A stretch of DNA of 64,000 nt from Eledone cirrhosa (GCA_964016885.1 OZ024743.1:176886001-176950000), one strand, 5' to 3'. Numbered from the stretch's first letter, positions 1 to 11,277 are shown. The notes: generated from the sequence alone by a model not told the origin. Made by a program: numbers and translations.

Positions 1-465
1 TGCTGCATCATTTGTTGGAGTGACAATGGCTCTATTTGCAAGCCATAGTGGGTTTGTGTAGTTTCCTGTAAGATTTGTATACACAAAATCACACAGTCCA
101 GACACATTACCATATTCCAGACAAAGTTCATTTGGCAGAAGAATTGTGAATGCACCTACAGTTGGAACAGTTGGAATGTTACCATTTCCCACATCAAGAA
201 GGTAGTTTGCAAACTGTCTTTCATCAGAATCCTCTGCATTAATTAACCTTTAATTGGTTGTCATCTCCATGGTTTCCACATAGTCCCAGATATAGGATCT
301 CTTGATGGTTGCCTCAACTATTTGTGGTCTAACACCATGACGTACAACTGGAAGAATTTGCTTCCAGTCACCAGATAGTAATACTGTTAGACCACCAAAT
401 GGCTTTTTGCAATCTCAAACATCTTTGAAGCTCCTGTCAAGACATTCAAAGATATGCTTATGTCC
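1..465 (-). pseudogene. Helitron Pif1-like helicase, continuation beyond the Gypsy insertion
   Basis: Manual translation: GHKHIFECLDRSFKDV*DCKKPFGGLTVLLSGDWKQILPVV...FANYLLDVGNG, containing the Pif1-family PFGG and GD(F/W)xQ(I/L)LPV motifs, with stops. Confidence 0.88.
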
Positions 466-738
466 TGTTGTATGGACTGGGAATCGAACTCACAACCTCA
501 TTGTTGTATGGACTGTTAAATTTGTTTTGTTCGGTTTGCACGTGCTCACACATTTGCATATGGGTCACGTGACCTGGGCAGTCGGTCAGCGTTGGTGTTA
601 AAAACTCGGTCACAGATTACTTACTTACTTTATGTTATTCTGCTACTGTGAGGAGGGGCGTTTTGGTTGTTTCGGACAATACACAAATTATTTGATATAA
701 CTCGTGTTTTCTCTGCGAGTACCGAGAGGAATACAACA
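466..738 (+). repeat. 5' LTR (273 bp)
   Basis: Starts TGTTGTAT and ends ATACAACA (8-bp terminal inverted repeat); near-identical to 5095-5368. Confidence 0.96.
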
Positions 739-746
739 GAGTTTAT

Positions 747-783
747 TGGCGTCGACGATAGGATTCAAACCTATGCCGGGAAA
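747..783 (+). promoter_or_regulatory. Primer binding site, complementary to a tRNA 3' end (tRNA-Ser-like)
   Basis: The reverse complement TTTCCCGGC-ATAGG-TTTGAAT-CCTAT-CGTCGAC-G-CCA gives a T-arm, acceptor strand, G discriminator and CCA. Confidence 0.8.
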
Positions 784-800
784 TTGTTTATCATAAAAAC

Positions 801-1700
801 ATGGCGGAACAACAAACAGCGGAGCTAATAAAGTTGCTTAGAGAACAGATGGAACAACAGAGTTTATTGGCGTCGCAACAAATGCAACAACACAAGAAAG
901 ATATGGACACTCTGATAAAACTGTTTGGTGCTCGAGATTCTGAACAACAGAGTTTATTGGCGTCGCCAGTTGCTTCGACACCAACAGCATTCATCCCACC
1001 ATTTGCTGCTTTTGATTCAACAACAGAACTATGGCCTGACTACTGGTCAAGATTCTGCACGTTTGAGGCTTTTAACGCTGTACCCGAGCAACGCATGGCA
1101 CAAGTGTTCCTGACTAATCAGATGGCTGCTATCTACAAACAACTTGCAAATCTGGCTGCTCAACAAAATCCGCCTAAGAATATCAACAAGTTGACAATGG
1201 ACGAAATTGTTGACTTCATGAAAGAACAGTTCAACCCAAAACTTTTCATTGTGAGAGAACGTTTCAAGTTCTGGAGTGACATGCAACGGAAGCCAGGCGA
1301 AACTCTCCAGGAGCTGGCAGCACGTATACGTCAGGATGCAGCTACCTGTGATTTTCCTTCGATCACAAATCCACAAGATGAAGCTCTAAGACAGAGATTT
1401 ATATGTTCTGTCAATAATGAAGCTGTGTTGAAGGCTATTTTCAAGATCAAGGATACAGAACTAGATTTCGCCCGTGCTGTCCAAGTTGCCATCGGGACCG
1501 AAGATGCAGCAAAGGTTGCCAAGGAAACTGTTTACGGTTCCAGAACCAAGCAAGTCTATAAGGTCCAGCAGAACAAGAACAAGGGTCCTCGAAAGAACTA
1601 TCAGCAGTCTTATTCCACAGACCAGGAGATGTGCTACCAATGTGGAAAGGCCCACAAAGCGACAGACTGCCCCTTCAAAGAAGCCAAATGTCATTTTTGA
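801..1700 (+). pseudogene. gag: Gypsy Gag, ended by a TGA inside the second zinc knuckle
   Basis: 299-aa ORF with capsid-like RERFKFW..QRKPGET and knuckle CYQCGKAHKATDC. The frame continues past the stop as KCHF*DKKGHLQAVC into ORF 1716-3314. Confidence 0.9.
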
Positions 1701-4700
1701 GACAAAAAGGGACATTTGCAAGCGGTGTGTAGAAGGAAACAACATCAGCAACGTAATCATCGCTCACAGAATTACGTGAAAAGGATCACGAAAGCTGAGC
1801 TAGTCAAGGCAATCCTTGGTGAAGTTCCCCACGATACTCATAGTTTGAATGTGCCAATAACAATCCAGAACAGACCTTTCACAATGGAATTGGACACAGC
1901 TACTACAGGCAATTTTGTTTCCTTGTCAGTTTGGAAACAATTAGGAAAACTGAAGCTCCAAGATGTCAAACATCGGTTTGAATCTGCCAGCAAGCACGAC
2001 CTGCCCGTTCTGGGAACTTTCATGGGCCAAACCAAGGATCCAACGACCGGTAAACGGAATTCAATACCCTACATCGTCACCAAGATCCCTGATCTTAATT
2101 TGCTGGGACGAAACGCTATCCAGACTCTGGGAATTTCTGTGGACAATGCTCTAGGATTGAAAAGCATAGACAGCCAGGCCAAGAGTGAGGGTGCAGAAGT
2201 GATGCATCCAAAGACCTCAAATGAGCCCTATATTTCCATGCAACGAGATTGTCACAACATGTGTGATGAATTCCCAGATCTCTTCAAGCAAGAATTGGGA
2301 TGTCTTAATGACTTCGAACTGGAAGTGAAGTTCAAGTCGGACGCGACACCGGTCTTTCACAAGGCACGCCCGGTCCCGTTTGCTCTTCGTGATGACCTGG
2401 CCAAAGGTTACAAAGAAGGCATCGCCAAAGGAATCTGGAAGCCAGTACAGTTCAACGAATACGGAACGCCAGTGGTACCGATTCGTAAAGCACATACTTC
2501 AGGCAACCTGAAGCCCAAACTACGGATTTGTGGTGACTACTCTGTGGGAATTAATGACCAACTTGCAGATCATCGTCATCCAATGCCACTCCCAGAGGAA
2601 CTGATGCAGAAGCTCGGAGGTGGATTCGGATACACAAAGATTGATCTTGCTGATGCCTATAATCAGATCAAGCTGGCTCCAGAAAGTCAACGCAGGCTTG
2701 CACTCAGCACTCACCGTGGGGTGCTCCTGCAGGAACGACTCCCTTTCAGAATCAAGTCAGCACCTGGTTACTTTCAGGAGATCATGGAAAACCTGACTCA
2801 AGATCTACCTGGTGTGGCCGTCTTCCAGGACGACATGCTCGTCAGTGGGAAAGATGCAAACGATCACCTGAACAACCTAAAGTGTCTGCTCACACGTCTG
2901 TGCGACAAAGGACTCAGATGTCACCGTGACAAGTGCCAGTTTGCACTACCCAGTGTGGAATACCTTGGACACACCTTGTCGGCTGAAGGGATCGCGAAGG
3001 GATCCAAGGTCGAAGCAGTTTTAAAGATGCCACCTCCAACGAACGTCTCAAGCTTGAAGTCTTTCCTGGGTTCAGTTCAGTTCTATGGAAAGTTTATCCC
3101 AAACCTGGCCAGCATGGCAGGGCCACTCTATTTCCTTACGAAAAAAACGACTACTTGGAAGTGGGGAGATGAAGAACAGTCAGCTTTCGATCAGTTGAAA
3201 AATGTGCTTTCATCGGATCGAGTTCTGATACACTTCGATCCAAACAAAACTTTGGGACTGGCTTGCGACGCGTCAAACGTTGGTATTGGAGCAGTCGTTT
3301 CATCGCTATCCTGATGGAAGCGAGCGCCCAATATCCAATGTGTCCAAGATTCTTACTTCTGCACAGCGTAACTACGGCCAAATTCAAAAGGAAGCCCTGG
3401 CCATCATATTTGGCTTGCAGAAGTTCTATCAGTATCTGTACGGACATCAGTTTATACTCGTAACTGACCACAAGCCACTGACATCACTGTTCAGTCCGAG
3501 GAAAGGGACGCCACTTCTCACTGCTAACCGACTAGCACGGTGGGCCCTGTGGCTGAACCAGTTTGACTACACCATCGAATATCGGAAAACAGCGGATCAT
3601 GGCAATGCAGATGCCCTCAGTCGCTTGCCATTTGGTAATGACATCGACTTTGACAGGAAGGAAAATGGTGAAGACATGGACATGGTGTGCGCCATCAAAG
3701 CTCTCAGTCTTCAAGTCCAACCTATCGATGCTAACGTCCTCCGTCAAGAGTCAGGGAAAGATCCAGTGATATCTACAGTGATACGCTACGTCCGTGAAGG
3801 CTGGCCACCAAAGAATACTGAGATCAATGACAAAGTCAATAAGTTCCGGAAGTTATCGGATTCACTCAGTATCTGCCACGGATGCCTTATCCATGGAACG
3901 AGAGTTGTGATTCCACATAGCTTACAGCCAAAGATCCTCAATCTTCTGCATCTCGGACACTTTGGCATGGAGCGCATGAAACAATTGGCAAGAACTGCTG
4001 TTTATTGGCCTGGTATCGATGCTGCTATAGAGAAAACCAGTCGACAATGTGATTCGTGTGGTGAACATCAAAACCAGCCATCCAAGTCTCCAGTTCACCC
4101 ATGGATGTTACCTGAAAAGCCGTGGAGCCGCTTACACCTGGACCACGCAATAAATTTCATGGGCAGTAATTGGTTGTTGATCACGGATGCTTATTCCAAG
4201 TATCCATGCATTCATCCTACGTCATCCATGTCCTCCAGAGCCTCTTTAGATCTGCTTGAAGAAGACTTTGCACACTTCGGATTTCCTCACACACTAGTCA
4301 CCGATAACGCACCAACTTTTATTTCTGAGGAGTTCCAGAGCTGGTGCAAAGAACGTGGGATCACGCACCTGACAGGGGCACCTTACCACCCAGCTACTAA
4401 TGGAGCAGCGGAACATTTGGTGCAGACCTTCAAACAAGCTCTGAGGAAGACTTCTCTTCCGCTGAAGCGAGCACTTCAAGAGTTCTTGATGCAGTACCGG
4501 AGAACACCGACATCCAGTGGATTCTCTCCGAGTGAACTTTTGAATCGCCGGCAGATACGGACAAGGATTGATTCTCTGCTGCCCTCGCCAGCACACATCG
4601 CTCAAGGAAAGCAGTCTAAGGAAGCATATAAGTCTCAGATGACTCCGGACTCGGCAAATGTCGCTAAGGTTACCAGGCTGTACAAGGCTGGAGATCCTGT

Positions 4701-5060
4701 GTATGCACTGTACTACGGACCTCGCCGAGACAAAGATCCCCGATGGGTACCAGCAATCATTAAGAAGTCATTGGGTACTCGCTGCTTCAACGTTAAGGTC
4801 ATACCTCATGGCCCGGTGTGGAGACAACACTGGGAACAGCTGCAACCGCGGTACCTACTGAGGAAGACAATGAACCTGGTGATGCAGTAGACACTGTTTT
4901 TGAATTTGCAACAAATCACCCGATGGAGATCTCGGAAATCGTGCCACTAACTCCAAGACAAACCAGACCCAAGACCTTGTTGCCCGTTCCAGAGTATGGA
5001 CCAGACAATCGAAGACGGTCCAAGAGAACTCGTAAACCCCCAGAGAGACTTTGCTGTTGA
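1701..5060 (+). pseudogene. pol: Gypsy Pol (protease, RT, RNase H, integrase) with frameshifts at ~3296 and ~4855
   Basis: PR ELDTATTG and NLLGRN; RT LRICGDY, KIDLADAYNQI, FQDDMLV; RH LACDAS, QKEALAI, TDHKPL; IN HLGH..CDSC, HLDH, TDNAP, NGAAE; tail RRSKRTRKPPERL. Confidence 0.93.
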
Positions 5061-5084
5061 TGCTTCTTTTGTCGCATCAATTTC

Positions 5085-5094
5085 GGTGGGGAGG
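5085..5094 (+). promoter_or_regulatory. Polypurine tract
   Basis: GGTGGGGAGG immediately 5' of the 3' LTR. Confidence 0.8.
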
Positions 5095-5368
5095 TGTTGT
5101 ATGGACTGGGAATCGAACTCACAACCTCATTGTTGTATGGACTGTTAAATTCGTTTTGTTCGGTTTGCACGTGCTCACACATTTGCATATGGGTCACGTG
5201 ACCTGGGCAGTCGGTCAGCGTTGGTGTTAAAAACTCGGTCACAGATTACTTACTTACTTTATGTTATTCTGCTACTGTGAGGAGGGGCGTTTTGGTTGTT
5301 TCGGACAATACACAAATTATTTGATATAACTCGTTGTTTTCTCTGCGAGTACCGAGAGGAATACAACA
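5095..5368 (+). repeat. 3' LTR (274 bp)
   Basis: By eye it differs from the 5' LTR by one substitution (aaatttg/aaattcg) and one 1-bp indel (ctcgtg/ctcgttg). Confidence 0.96.
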
Positions 5369-5373
5369 TGTCC

Positions 5374-8300
5374 CATACCTATCTCTTCAATGATTAGCAA
5401 GTCAACTTGCTGCATAAGTTTACCTGTCATCCCTCTTTGTGAAGAAGCAAGTTGATTCAGCAGTCACATTGAGAGGAATCTTGCGCTTGGAATGAAGAGT
5501 TCTACCTTTGTGAAGCAAAGTGGCTGCAATTCCAGATATGGCAGTGGCAAGTGCAATTTTTTTTTTAGATCAGAGGTAATCCAATAGGATGTTTATGACA
5601 TAGGTCTTTCCTGTGCCTGCACTTGCATTCAAGCAGAAAATTCTGCCTTCATTTTCATTTACAGGGTGATTACTCTGTGGAAAATATCCAGTTGCTCAGG
5701 ATTCAATGTTGGCAGAAGTTCATTTATGTTTGCTTGCAGTTGGTGTGTATTGAAATCAGTCTCTGCCATAAGAACCCTATTGATTTCTGGTATGGCAACA
5801 ATAGTTGGGTCTGGCCGAGGAAGTCCATAGTTGGCATGAATGTCCAAGCCATCATGTTGAAGTCTTTGTTGGATCTTCTGTAGAACAATCTGCACGGTTT
5901 GCATGGACATGACTTGCTCATGACGTTCATGCATGATATCCTCTGCAAAACAATTCTTCCATTTCTCCCAGAACTGCAGAGGGTCATTTGGCATGCTGTA
6001 CAATAAAATGGTGCAGAAGATCTCTCGCAGCTGAGGACCAAGCGTAATGGATGAGGCCTCTTCCATAGCTTTGTCTTTTTCTCCATCTTCATCTAACAGA
6101 CCAAGTTTCCTGCATGCTTCTTGAAATGTTGGAAATTCAACTCCTTCAATTGTTCTCAAATCTTTGTATGAAGTTGACCCAGCCTTGTGATGTAAGATCA
6201 TTCTGAGGTAATATAATTCCGATTGATGTCTACTGAGAGATACTGTTGGAATGTGTCCAAGAGATTCACTCATAAATTGTTGATCACCATCCAGATGTCC
6301 CTTTTTTCTTCTTTGCCACCTTTTGTTTGTCCAAGTGAAACATTTAGGAATATCAATATACAATATGTTTTGTGCCAGTGGGTCTCTAATATTCAGTTGA
6401 AAATATTCCGTCAACTTAGTCATTGGCTGTCCCCTAGAAACAACACTTTCTTCCTGCCCATGCTCATACACGACCAGGTAAATGGCAAGGCAACTTTTCA
6501 ACTGGCCGTTTTCAATGATGTAATAGAAATTTATAGATTCTCCAGAATGCTTCACTGGCTGAGATCTACCGTGCATTGATATAGGTCTCAATCTCATTTT
6601 GGGCATGGACACAATTTCCTTGATCATCCTTAATAGTAAAAGTGATCTTGTCTGATCCTTTTGTGATGTACTTATATAAGTACTTAACAGCCTTGACACT
6701 GTGGACAACCTCACAATTGATGTGGCACTGATATCTCAATGAGAGGAAAGGGTTGTCGGGAACAATCCAACGATTATCAACAGCAAATTCTTGACCTTTA
6801 AGTTGGATTGTATGGGTGTGACCACCATGCTGTCTATCCCTTCTTCTATACTCCGGAAAGGAATTTTCGGCAACAAATGTAGTGTGTCTAAATGCCTTTG
6901 GATAACTTTTTGAGCAATGGCGTTGTTGTCCTAGCCCTTCCATACATGAGCACATTATATTAGCTTGTCCACATGGGCCATCAATGTTGCAGGATGTGAT
7001 GATCTTATGCAGAATTGGATTGGTCTCTTTATCAGGAATCTCACAGTAGATTACCTGATCAATGGCATCAGCAGTTTTGGGTTTGCTATCTTCAGCCATT
7101 ATCAGCAGAATATGAGCATGAGTGAGGCCTCGTTTTCTGCCACTCTATTGTAGCAGAATGAGCTACAACTTTTCCTAGGACATTTTTTTTTAGTATGTCA
7201 TCCATGAGGCTGTCATACTTGATCTTGAAGACTCTTGCACAATTATCAGGACAGTCTCCAGATTCTTCACCAGGGTGCAAACTATTTTTTATTTCATCCC
7301 AGTTAGGGTTAGTTGTTACCGTGATGAAATAAGATGGCTTTCCCATGACTAACCACAGTCATCGAATTCTGAAAGCACTCACTGTAGAAGTGAGGTGAAC
7401 CATAGATTGAAGGAGGAAGAATAATTCTCCCGCCTGCATTTACTGAATCTTCTTCAGGCACAGCATCATACAAACCCTCATACTTTTCAGCTCGTATCAT
7501 GGTTTGATTGTTGCGGGCCCATTTGAGGCGACAATGTTCTATTTTTGCCTGGGCATCTACAGCATATTGCTGCATCAGCCGCCTGCCCTTCATGATAATG
7601 TTACAGTCACCTTGCCTAACCTGAAACCGATAACAGTAGAAATCAGTGGGTGTGAGTGTGTGGTTGTTGTCAATCCTTTTCAAACCAGCCTGAAACCCAT
7701 CATTCCCCCAAGGAAACAGTAGCACATAATGCAGAGGATCATAAGAACGGTGCAATTTATAAATCCTCTGAAGACCACCATCTCTTTTATGAATGATGAC
7801 ATCCAAAAGACCTAATGCTGTATCAGGTTGAATAACAGCAATCTCTGGTGCCATGGGAAGATGATATGTGCGACAATGAAAACAGTGGGTTTTACTTTGT
7901 CAGCATGTAGGACAATATTCACATTTTCAGAGACTGGCATTTCAATGACTGCCTTGAAGCTTCTTATATAGGTGTTGCAGTAGTGCAAGTCTTCTTGCAA
8001 GTCCTGCGGGACAACAGCATCTAAATTAGCATGATGCAAGCGATTCTGAAGCTCATGATCTGTAAGTAAAGCTCATGATCATAGAAGTAAAGCTGCGTAA
8101 ACTTGGGTGAAGCATCACTTGGAAGTAGTGATCCAATAATACAGCAAATCTTACCTTGGATCTTAAATGTGGGACTAAATCCTGGTGCTTTAATCTCTTT
8201 GCAACCAATTGAAGCTAAGCCAAGCACATTGTTATATGCCCGTATCTTATGGAGAAAAGAATTTCCTGCTTGAGTGATATCAAAATAGTTCAGTATATTT

Positions 8301-8480
8301 GGTGGAGGAGGAGGAAGTTGAGTGAGTTTCACTTTTCCCTGGAAACAACACAGAGATTTGGGCTCATGTGGCCAGCAATAAGCTTTGCAGTGCAGACAAA
8401 CAGAGGCAAAAGACTCCCTGCATTGTGTTGTGGCATAATGGAAAGAACAGTTTGCTCTTGGAAAGGTTCATCTGTAGGAT
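5374..8480 (-). pseudogene. Helitron RepHel gene, N-terminal, Rep and first helicase part, frameshifted
   Basis: ORFs 8021-8332, 7309-7854, 7092-7346, 6566-7099 and 5659-6714 tile a RepHel protein. Walker A FCLNASAGTGKT at ~5600-5640; ALATAISGIAATLL; Walker B-like LLIIEEIGM at ~5374-5400. Confidence 0.88.
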
Positions 8481-8873
8481 TCTTTACCAGACCTTCAATT
8501 GACCTGTTCCTTCCTCTCTGAACGTTTGATGTATTTGTTGTTGGTGTTTAACTAAATTACATTTGTAGAAATTTGTTGGGATGTTGTAGAGCGATTATTG
8601 TTTGATTGATTTGCCCTCATCTCTCTTTGTCGTTGTGCATCTGTTGCCATGCGTTGGGATTTAGATGAGAAATGTTTTCTGCGTTCCATGTTCACTTTCT
8701 GTCATGTATGTATAAATATATGTTATCTCTATGGTGAAATCTTAGAAATAAATATATGTTAAAACAAAAAAATAAATATATATATATAGAGAGAGGTAGA
8801 ACACAGGAAGGTAATATCTGTAGTGGTAATATCTGAGGTGGTAGAGCACTCAGTCCATGGGACGAGTTAGGTG

Positions 8874-9027
8874 GAAGTGGTAACACAACAGTTAGTTCAC
8901 CATACCGAAACAATTGTTTCACCTTAGCGGATCCTCAGCTCGTACTCGAGCTCAGTACGAGCTGAGGATACGCTAAGGTGAAACAATTGTTCTCGGTATA
9001 GTGAACTAACTGCTGTGTTACCACTTC
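8874..9027. repeat. 154-bp near-perfect palindrome
   Basis: Arm 8874-8946 is the reverse complement of 8954-9027 with about 3 mismatches and 1 indel; centre CGAGCTC. Confidence 0.92.
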
Positions 9028-9162
9028 TATATATATATATATATATATAGCTGACACGGAGAAAAGAAATCTTTGAAATAAATGTATGTTTGAAATAAAT
9101 GAGAGACTGAATATTATAAACTTTATGATCGTCTGCTATTCCATACACCAGATATATATATG

Positions 9163-9450
9163 GAGAGTAGTATGAGGTAGTCATAACAACAGTGGTAGCA
9201 GCAAAACGTGTATCAAAACAATATGTCACAGTCATTCTATCTATCTGTATCTCTCTCTTCATATACTCACACACAATCTCTCTCTCTGTCACAGTCACTC
9301 TATCTGTATGAGAGTAGTATGAGGTAGTCATAACAACAATAGTAGCCGCAAACCATGTATGAAAACAATATATATATATATATAATATATATATCTGTCA
9401 CAGTCACTCCTCTCTTGATATACTCACACATACAATCTCTCTTTCTCACT
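9163..9450. repeat. Imperfect tandem duplication (~148-bp period) in the Helitron 5' region
   Basis: GAGTAGTATGAGGTAGTCATAACAAC...TGTCACAGTCA occurs at ~9163 and ~9312. Confidence 0.75.
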
Positions 9451-10074
9451 CTAGCAATTTTATAAAATCAAAGAACAACAACATACACACACACTATGCA
9501 CACGCACACACATCAGTGTGTTGAAAAAAATCCAAATCGCTTCATCTTTCTCTTTCACTCTCTCTCTCTATATATAGTATAGATATACCAGAAGTATTGA
9601 AATTTGAATCATTTAAAAGAAGTGAATCTTGAACTATGCAATAATATTTTCAATATATGTTTAATCATGTGTTTTGAAATTTAGTAGATAAATTATGTAA
9701 TGTTCATTTATTATTTATTCAAAGTTACCAGTAATGCACTGGGTAATTGCTGGCCTTGTGCCTAAAGTAGTAACAATTATTTATTCAAAGTTATCCAACT
9801 TATTTTACAAACGGGATAAAAAATTATATTCTGGATGCAGTCCCGCGCTCCTTACTTTATTATAGTTTAGATTTCTGTTACATGGTTATTCATGTGACTT
9901 TGTCAGATACTTATTCAATCATTGGTGCAGTTATACAATCCTTGTGAATAATGAATACTCCATCACTCATTATCACTTATCCACGATAAACTACTGACGT
10001 GTAGTGCTTTGGATCGCTAGGACCTGCTTATCATCAGGAAGTTACTATGTAACAACTAAGATAAACAACACTCT

Positions 10075-10270
10075 TGTGGAACTATAGTTGAAGGAAGGCG
10101 CAGTAGAAAACATGGAAACCATGCGGGGAGGTGGTGAGAGCAGACCTCAGATCGCTGAAGCTCACGGTGGAGATGACGAAGGACAGTGACAAGTGGAGAG
10201 ATCCTGTGCTGAATAGGACCAGTCCCACCCTTGCAAGCAGGGAAAAGCAGATGTAAAATGATGATGATGA
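10075..10270 (+). mobile_element. RTE-clade LINE 3' fragment
   Basis: Similar to the reverse complement of 29423-29620; ends CCCACCCTTGCAAGCAGGGAAAAGCAGATGTAAA(ATG)n. Confidence 0.8.
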
Positions 10271-10285
10271 TATATATATATATAT

Positions 10286-10628
10286 GGAGGCACATGGCTT
10301 AGTCGTTAGAGCATTGGCCTTGCAATCGAAAGGTTGTGAGTTCAATTCTCAGACTGGGTGATGTGTTGTTTCCTTGAGCAAGACACTTTATTTCACATTG
10401 CTCTAGTTTACTCAGCTGTAGAAATGAGATGATAGGGACTGGGGTCCCTATCATTCCACTGCAAAGTGGTCATGGAGGTGCCATGGCAAAAAAAAGCACC
10501 CAGCACTCACTGTAAATGAGGTTGGTGTTAGGAAGGGCATCCAGCTGTAGAAATCAAGCCAGAATCAGTTCCCGTCCCACCCTTGCAAGCAGGGAAAAAG
10601 CAGACGTAAATTGAAATGAAATGATGAA
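10286..10628 (+). mobile_element. tRNA-derived SINE (possibly a composite) ending in an RTE-type tail
   Basis: A box TGGCTTAGTCGTT, B box GAGTTCAATTC, core TCCTTGAGCAAGACACTT; the 3' end CCCACCCTTGCAAGCAGGGAAAAAGCAGACGTAAA matches the RTE tail. Confidence 0.75.
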
Positions 10629-11277
10629 AAAAAAAATATATATATATAATAGATTCTTACACCATTCCTTTCAAGTGTCATGATAGTAATGATGATCCCC
10701 ATTAAGAAGGTGGTGGTGGTGGCAATAAAGGCAAAGGTGCTACTAACTGTTTTCGAACATAGTGGTGACAGTACTGGTGATGGTGTCGAGGGTGGTAGTA
10801 GTGGTTGCACTAATTGTTTCCAAACATGGTGGTGGTGTTGGTGTTTTCTTGTTTGATGGTGGTGATGGTAGTGATTGCTGGTGTCGGCTGTTGGTGGTTG
10901 TTGTGGTGATGGTCGTGGTTGTATGCATATATGTGCAGTGTTAGTCACATGTGGATAGTGTGCATACATGTGTACATGTATATGCAGCATTAGATACATG
11001 GATGATATGCATGTTGTGCAGGTCTGTGAACATGTGTACAGCATTAGACACCTAAAGATGTTGTACATGTGTGTGCACATATTTGTGCAGTGTTAGGCCC
11101 ATATAGATGTATGTACATATACAGCAATATGTAAATATATATATGTACATATGTATATATGCAGCAACAATGCAATTTCAACTGCAACACCTGTTGCAGT
11201 AACACTAAAACTACATAACAGTTTCCTCTCATTTTTATTGTCACAAAGAACTATATTCAATTCAGTATTCATGTCAA

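Larger units (their letters stand above)
466..5368 (+). mobile_element. Full-length Ty3/Gypsy LTR retrotransposon
   Basis: TG...CA LTRs at 466-738 and 5095-5368; 5-bp TSD TGTCC at 461-465 and 5369-5373; PBS at 747; PPT at 5085-5094; domain order gag-PR-RT-RH-IN. Confidence 0.97.
1..9583 (-). mobile_element. Helitron (rolling-circle transposon), degenerate, 3' end outside the window, interrupted by a Gypsy insertion
   Basis: Minus-strand fragments give a Cys-rich N-terminus (CLHCKAYCWPHE..CC..GKV), Rep motifs (FITVTTNPNWDEI, IEWQK, HINCEV, KYLYKYITKG) and Pif1 helicase motifs. The putative 5' terminus A|TCTATACTATATA at 9583 fits the Helitron 5'-TC rule; this boundary is less certain than the identity. 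Confidence 0.88.

Noticed and set aside
747-783. tRNA gene on the minus strand
   Set aside because: Only the 3' half is present, it includes an encoded CCA, and it sits at the PBS position.
1698-1700. Selenocysteine codon in the Gag knuckle
   Set aside because: No SECIS identified, and the element has two other inactivating lesions, so a nonsense mutation is more parsimonious.
8925-8975. Polylinker-like cluster (BamHI, XhoI, SacI sites) suggesting vector contamination
   Set aside because: The sites lie at the centre of an imperfect palindrome with diverged arms, and no vector sequence is adjacent.
10565-11244. Short ORFs in the GGT- and ATGT-rich tract
   Set aside because: Low-complexity sequence with no domain or splice support.
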